A stretch of DNA of 64,000 bases. Source: Candidatus Dormiibacterota bacterium (lineage in GTDB: Bacteria; Chloroflexota; Dormibacteria; Aeolococcales; Bog-877). The notes below the pieces were generated by a model. The model ran no database searches, was not told where the DNA came from, and was given only the letters and a program-made list of their open reading frames with translations. Made by a program: the position numbers and the translations under genes. How positions within the stretch are numbered: position 1 is the stretch's first letter; every line of letters starts with the position of its first letter. The stretch is from assembly GCA_963701235.1 (NCBI GenBank), contig OY969577.1, positions 1,573,363 through 1,637,362 of the forward strand, written 5' to 3'. Of the stretch, positions 62,147 to 64,000 are shown piece after piece.

Positions 62147-63388
62147 TCAACGGGAGTTCCAGACCAGCCGCTCCTCGGGTACGTCCCCGGGATGTCCTGG
62201 ACGCACCTCCACCCGCCAGACCAGGCCGGTGCCGAATCGGTCGTGGAGGCGGTCCACCGCCCGCTTGATCACCTCCCGGTCAGCCGCCCGCCCCTGCCAG
62301 AGTCCGATCTGGTTCACCGGCGGGGCGACCAGGTCAAAGGCCTCCAGCTCCACCACCGTGACCGGGGTCTGGAGACGAGCCCTACTGAAAAGGCTGAGCA
62401 GCGGCCCCATCAGCTCATCGGCGGTGGCCATGGGAGCAGGAGGCGCCACCTCATCCCACCAGAGTTGCCGATCCGGTTGGGCTGCATGCCTGGGCTCGTC
62501 CTCGCCGCGCAGGAGCAGCCGTATCCGTCCCGCTGCCCTTCCCTGCCGGGACAGCTCCTGTGCCAAGCCCCTGGCCAGTTCGGCGGCACCGAAGCGCAGC
62601 GACTCGGAGTCGTCGACTCCCCCCGCCAGGACCCGGCGCACCCCACAGGGGAGCGGCTCCCGCCAGGGATCGACCCCGGCGGAGTCCTGGCCCCGGCAGA
62701 GTCGGTGGAGAAGAATCCCGTCCGGGCCGAACTGGCGCTGCAGCTCCACCATGGTGATCGAGGTGCAATCGCCGCAGGTGTGGAGACCGAACTGAACCAG
62801 CCGCTCTGCGACCTGGGCCGGGATCGGCAGCTCAGTCACCGGCCAATTGGCCAGAAATTCCGCGGCCTTTCCCTCCGGTACCAGGCGCACCCGGCCTGGG
62901 TCCGCCAGCTGAGCCGCCACCCAGGCGGAGAAGCGGGAGGGACCCACGCCGACACTAGGCGTCACCCCCAGAGCCTCCTCAATGGCGCGGCCGCACTGAG
63001 CGGCCCGCAACCCCTCCTGGGGCCTGAGGGGATCGCTTCCCGCCAGATCGACGTAGGCGCTGGCGTCATCCCCCCACTCCACCAGCGGGCTGCAGGCGGC
63101 CAGAGCCAGCCGGGCGATCCGTCGCAGCTCAGTCAAAGCCGAGGGGTCGGCCGAGAACCGAGCCGCTAAGGGGCAGAGGACCTCGGCCCGAGGCCAATCC
63201 TGGCCGGGCCGTACCCCCTGAGCCCAGGCAGGCGCTGAAGCCGCCATCACCACCTGCCTGCCACCCGGACCCTGGCCCCCCACCAGCACCGGCTCTCCCT
63301 TGAGCTCGGGATGGGCACGCCAAACCAGCACCAGCGCCAGGTGGGGAAAGGTGAGGCAGGCCAGGCGCGCCTTGTGGCTCCGGCTCAC
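62147..63388 (-). CDS. imuB: ImuB (Y-family polymerase-like, catalytically inactive mutasome subunit)
   Basis: N-terminal ACLTFPHLALVLVWR...PVLV...VMAAS..A...GVRPGQ pattern of ImuB/DinB-like proteins lacking the catalytic acidic triad. About 413 aa. 4-nt overlap with the upstream imuA'-like gene. Confidence 0.7.
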   Translation of the reverse strand: MSRSHKARLACLTFPHLALVLVWRAHPELKGEPVLVGGQGPGGRQVVMAASAPAWAQGVRPGQDWPRAEVLCPLAARFSADPSALTELRRIARLALAACSPLVEWGDDASAYVDLAGSDPLRPQEGLRAAQCGRAIEEALGVTPSVGVGPSRFSAWVAAQLADPGRVRLVPEGKAAEFLANWPVTELPIPAQVAERLVQFGLHTCGDCTSITMVELQRQFGPDGILLHRLCRGQDSAGVDPWREPLPCGVRRVLAGGVDDSESLRFGAAELARGLAQELSRQGRAAGRIRLLLRGEDEPRHAAQPDRQLWWDEVAPPAPMATADELMGPLLSLFSRARLQTPVTVVELEAFDLVAPPVNQIGLWQGRAADREVIKRAVDRLHDRFGTGLVWRVEVRPGHPGDVPEERLVWNSR

Positions 63389-63990
63389 CGGTGACTCCCG
63401 GCCGCCTGAGGCAGCGGCTCCACCGCCAACTCCTCGTCCCCTATCGCCACCGACTCCTCGAGACCGATCCGCAGTGGGTAGGGCCGGGGAAAGTTGAGCT
63501 GTAGCTGGCAGCTGGCCCCAGGAGCGCCTAGATGACTGCGGCTGACCTGCACCTCAGTCCGGAGACCGCAGATATCCCCATGGGCCCAGGACCAATCAAG
63601 TCGCCAGCACTCCAGCTCCAGGCAGATCCTCTCTTTGAGTACTGCTGGGATCCGCCCTCCCCCCAGGACCAAGCCCGCGCCAGTTCCCTCGGAGAGGGCC
63701 GCCAACAGGGCCGCGGGGGCAGCGCCGGGGGTGAGGCGGGACCAATCATCGGCCACCAGCAGACAGAGGCCGACACCGGCCTTGGCCAATGCCCTGGCCG
63801 CCGCCCAGCCCTCCTCCGAGCTCCTGGGCCTGACCAGCCAGAAGTCGTCCAGCTCACCCCCATAGGCCTCGACAGCGCCGGGATCCACCTCCAGGGTGAA
63901 GTCGACCAGGGCTACCGATTCAGACCGGGACGCCTCCGCCGCCAGCGCTAAACCGAGATCGCATGCCCCAGAGGAAGGCTCCCCCAGCAA
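63385..63990 (-). CDS. ImuA'-like (RecA/SulA-fold cell-division-inhibitor family) protein, possibly truncated at the window edge
   Basis: RecA-like fold protein located immediately upstream of, and overlapping, imuB. The ORF reaches within 10 nt of the window end. Confidence 0.5.
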   Translation of the reverse strand: MLGEPSSGACDLGLALAAEASRSESVALVDFTLEVDPGAVEAYGGELDDFWLVRPRSSEEGWAAARALAKAGVGLCLLVADDWSRLTPGAAPAALLAALSEGTGAGLVLGGGRIPAVLKERICLELECWRLDWSWAHGDICGLRTEVQVSRSHLGAPGASCQLQLNFPRPYPLRIGLEESVAIGDEELAVEPLPQAAGSHR

Positions 63991-64000
63991 CCGGCTGATC

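Overview
High-GC (about 68-70%) chromosomal window, codon usage and domain content consistent with an actinobacterial-type genome. Most of it is ordinary housekeeping and accessory metabolism: ClpB, DnaK, FtsH, error-prone polymerase DnaE2 with imuA'/imuB, acetoacetyl-CoA synthetase, aquaporin, an OmpR-type two-component pair, a GT2 polyprenol-phosphate glycosyltransferase, a GH5 glycosidase, and ThuA/Gfo-Idh-MocA sugar oxidoreductases. Two segments look like decayed integrative-element insertion sites at tRNA genes. Segment 1 is about 4.0-9.85 kb: an integrase 3' remnant, a frameshifted integrase abutting tRNA-Gln(TTG), and a tRNA-Gln-like fragment. Segment 2 is about 29.4-34.8 kb: two remnants of a second integrase family, tRNA-Thr(CGT), and an inverted tRNA-Thr-like partial copy. 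Segment 2 carries an AT-rich double-palindrome operator in front of a small HTH gene, a convergent zinc-ribbon mini-protein, and an ArsR-VOC/DUF3052 pair. Other points worth a second look: a 1184-aa zinc-ribbon/class-III nucleotide-cyclase/STAND-ATPase/TPR protein next to a superinfection-immunity (Imm) family gene; an ArsC-ArsM fusion; a frameshifted PAS/GAF-EAL sensor; a dnaK-(alpha/beta hydrolase)-clpB arrangement with GTGA start/stop coupling and no grpE/dnaJ; a split mutasome (imuA'-imuB-ftsH ... DUF429 ... dnaE2). I did not find a CRISPR array or any canonical, nameable defence system. Every functional call is from motif and domain recognition by eye, with no database search. The ORF track allows GTG starts, so several start codons are uncertain. 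One 1-nt inconsistency between the printed sequence and the ORF track, near 53,820, is flagged below.
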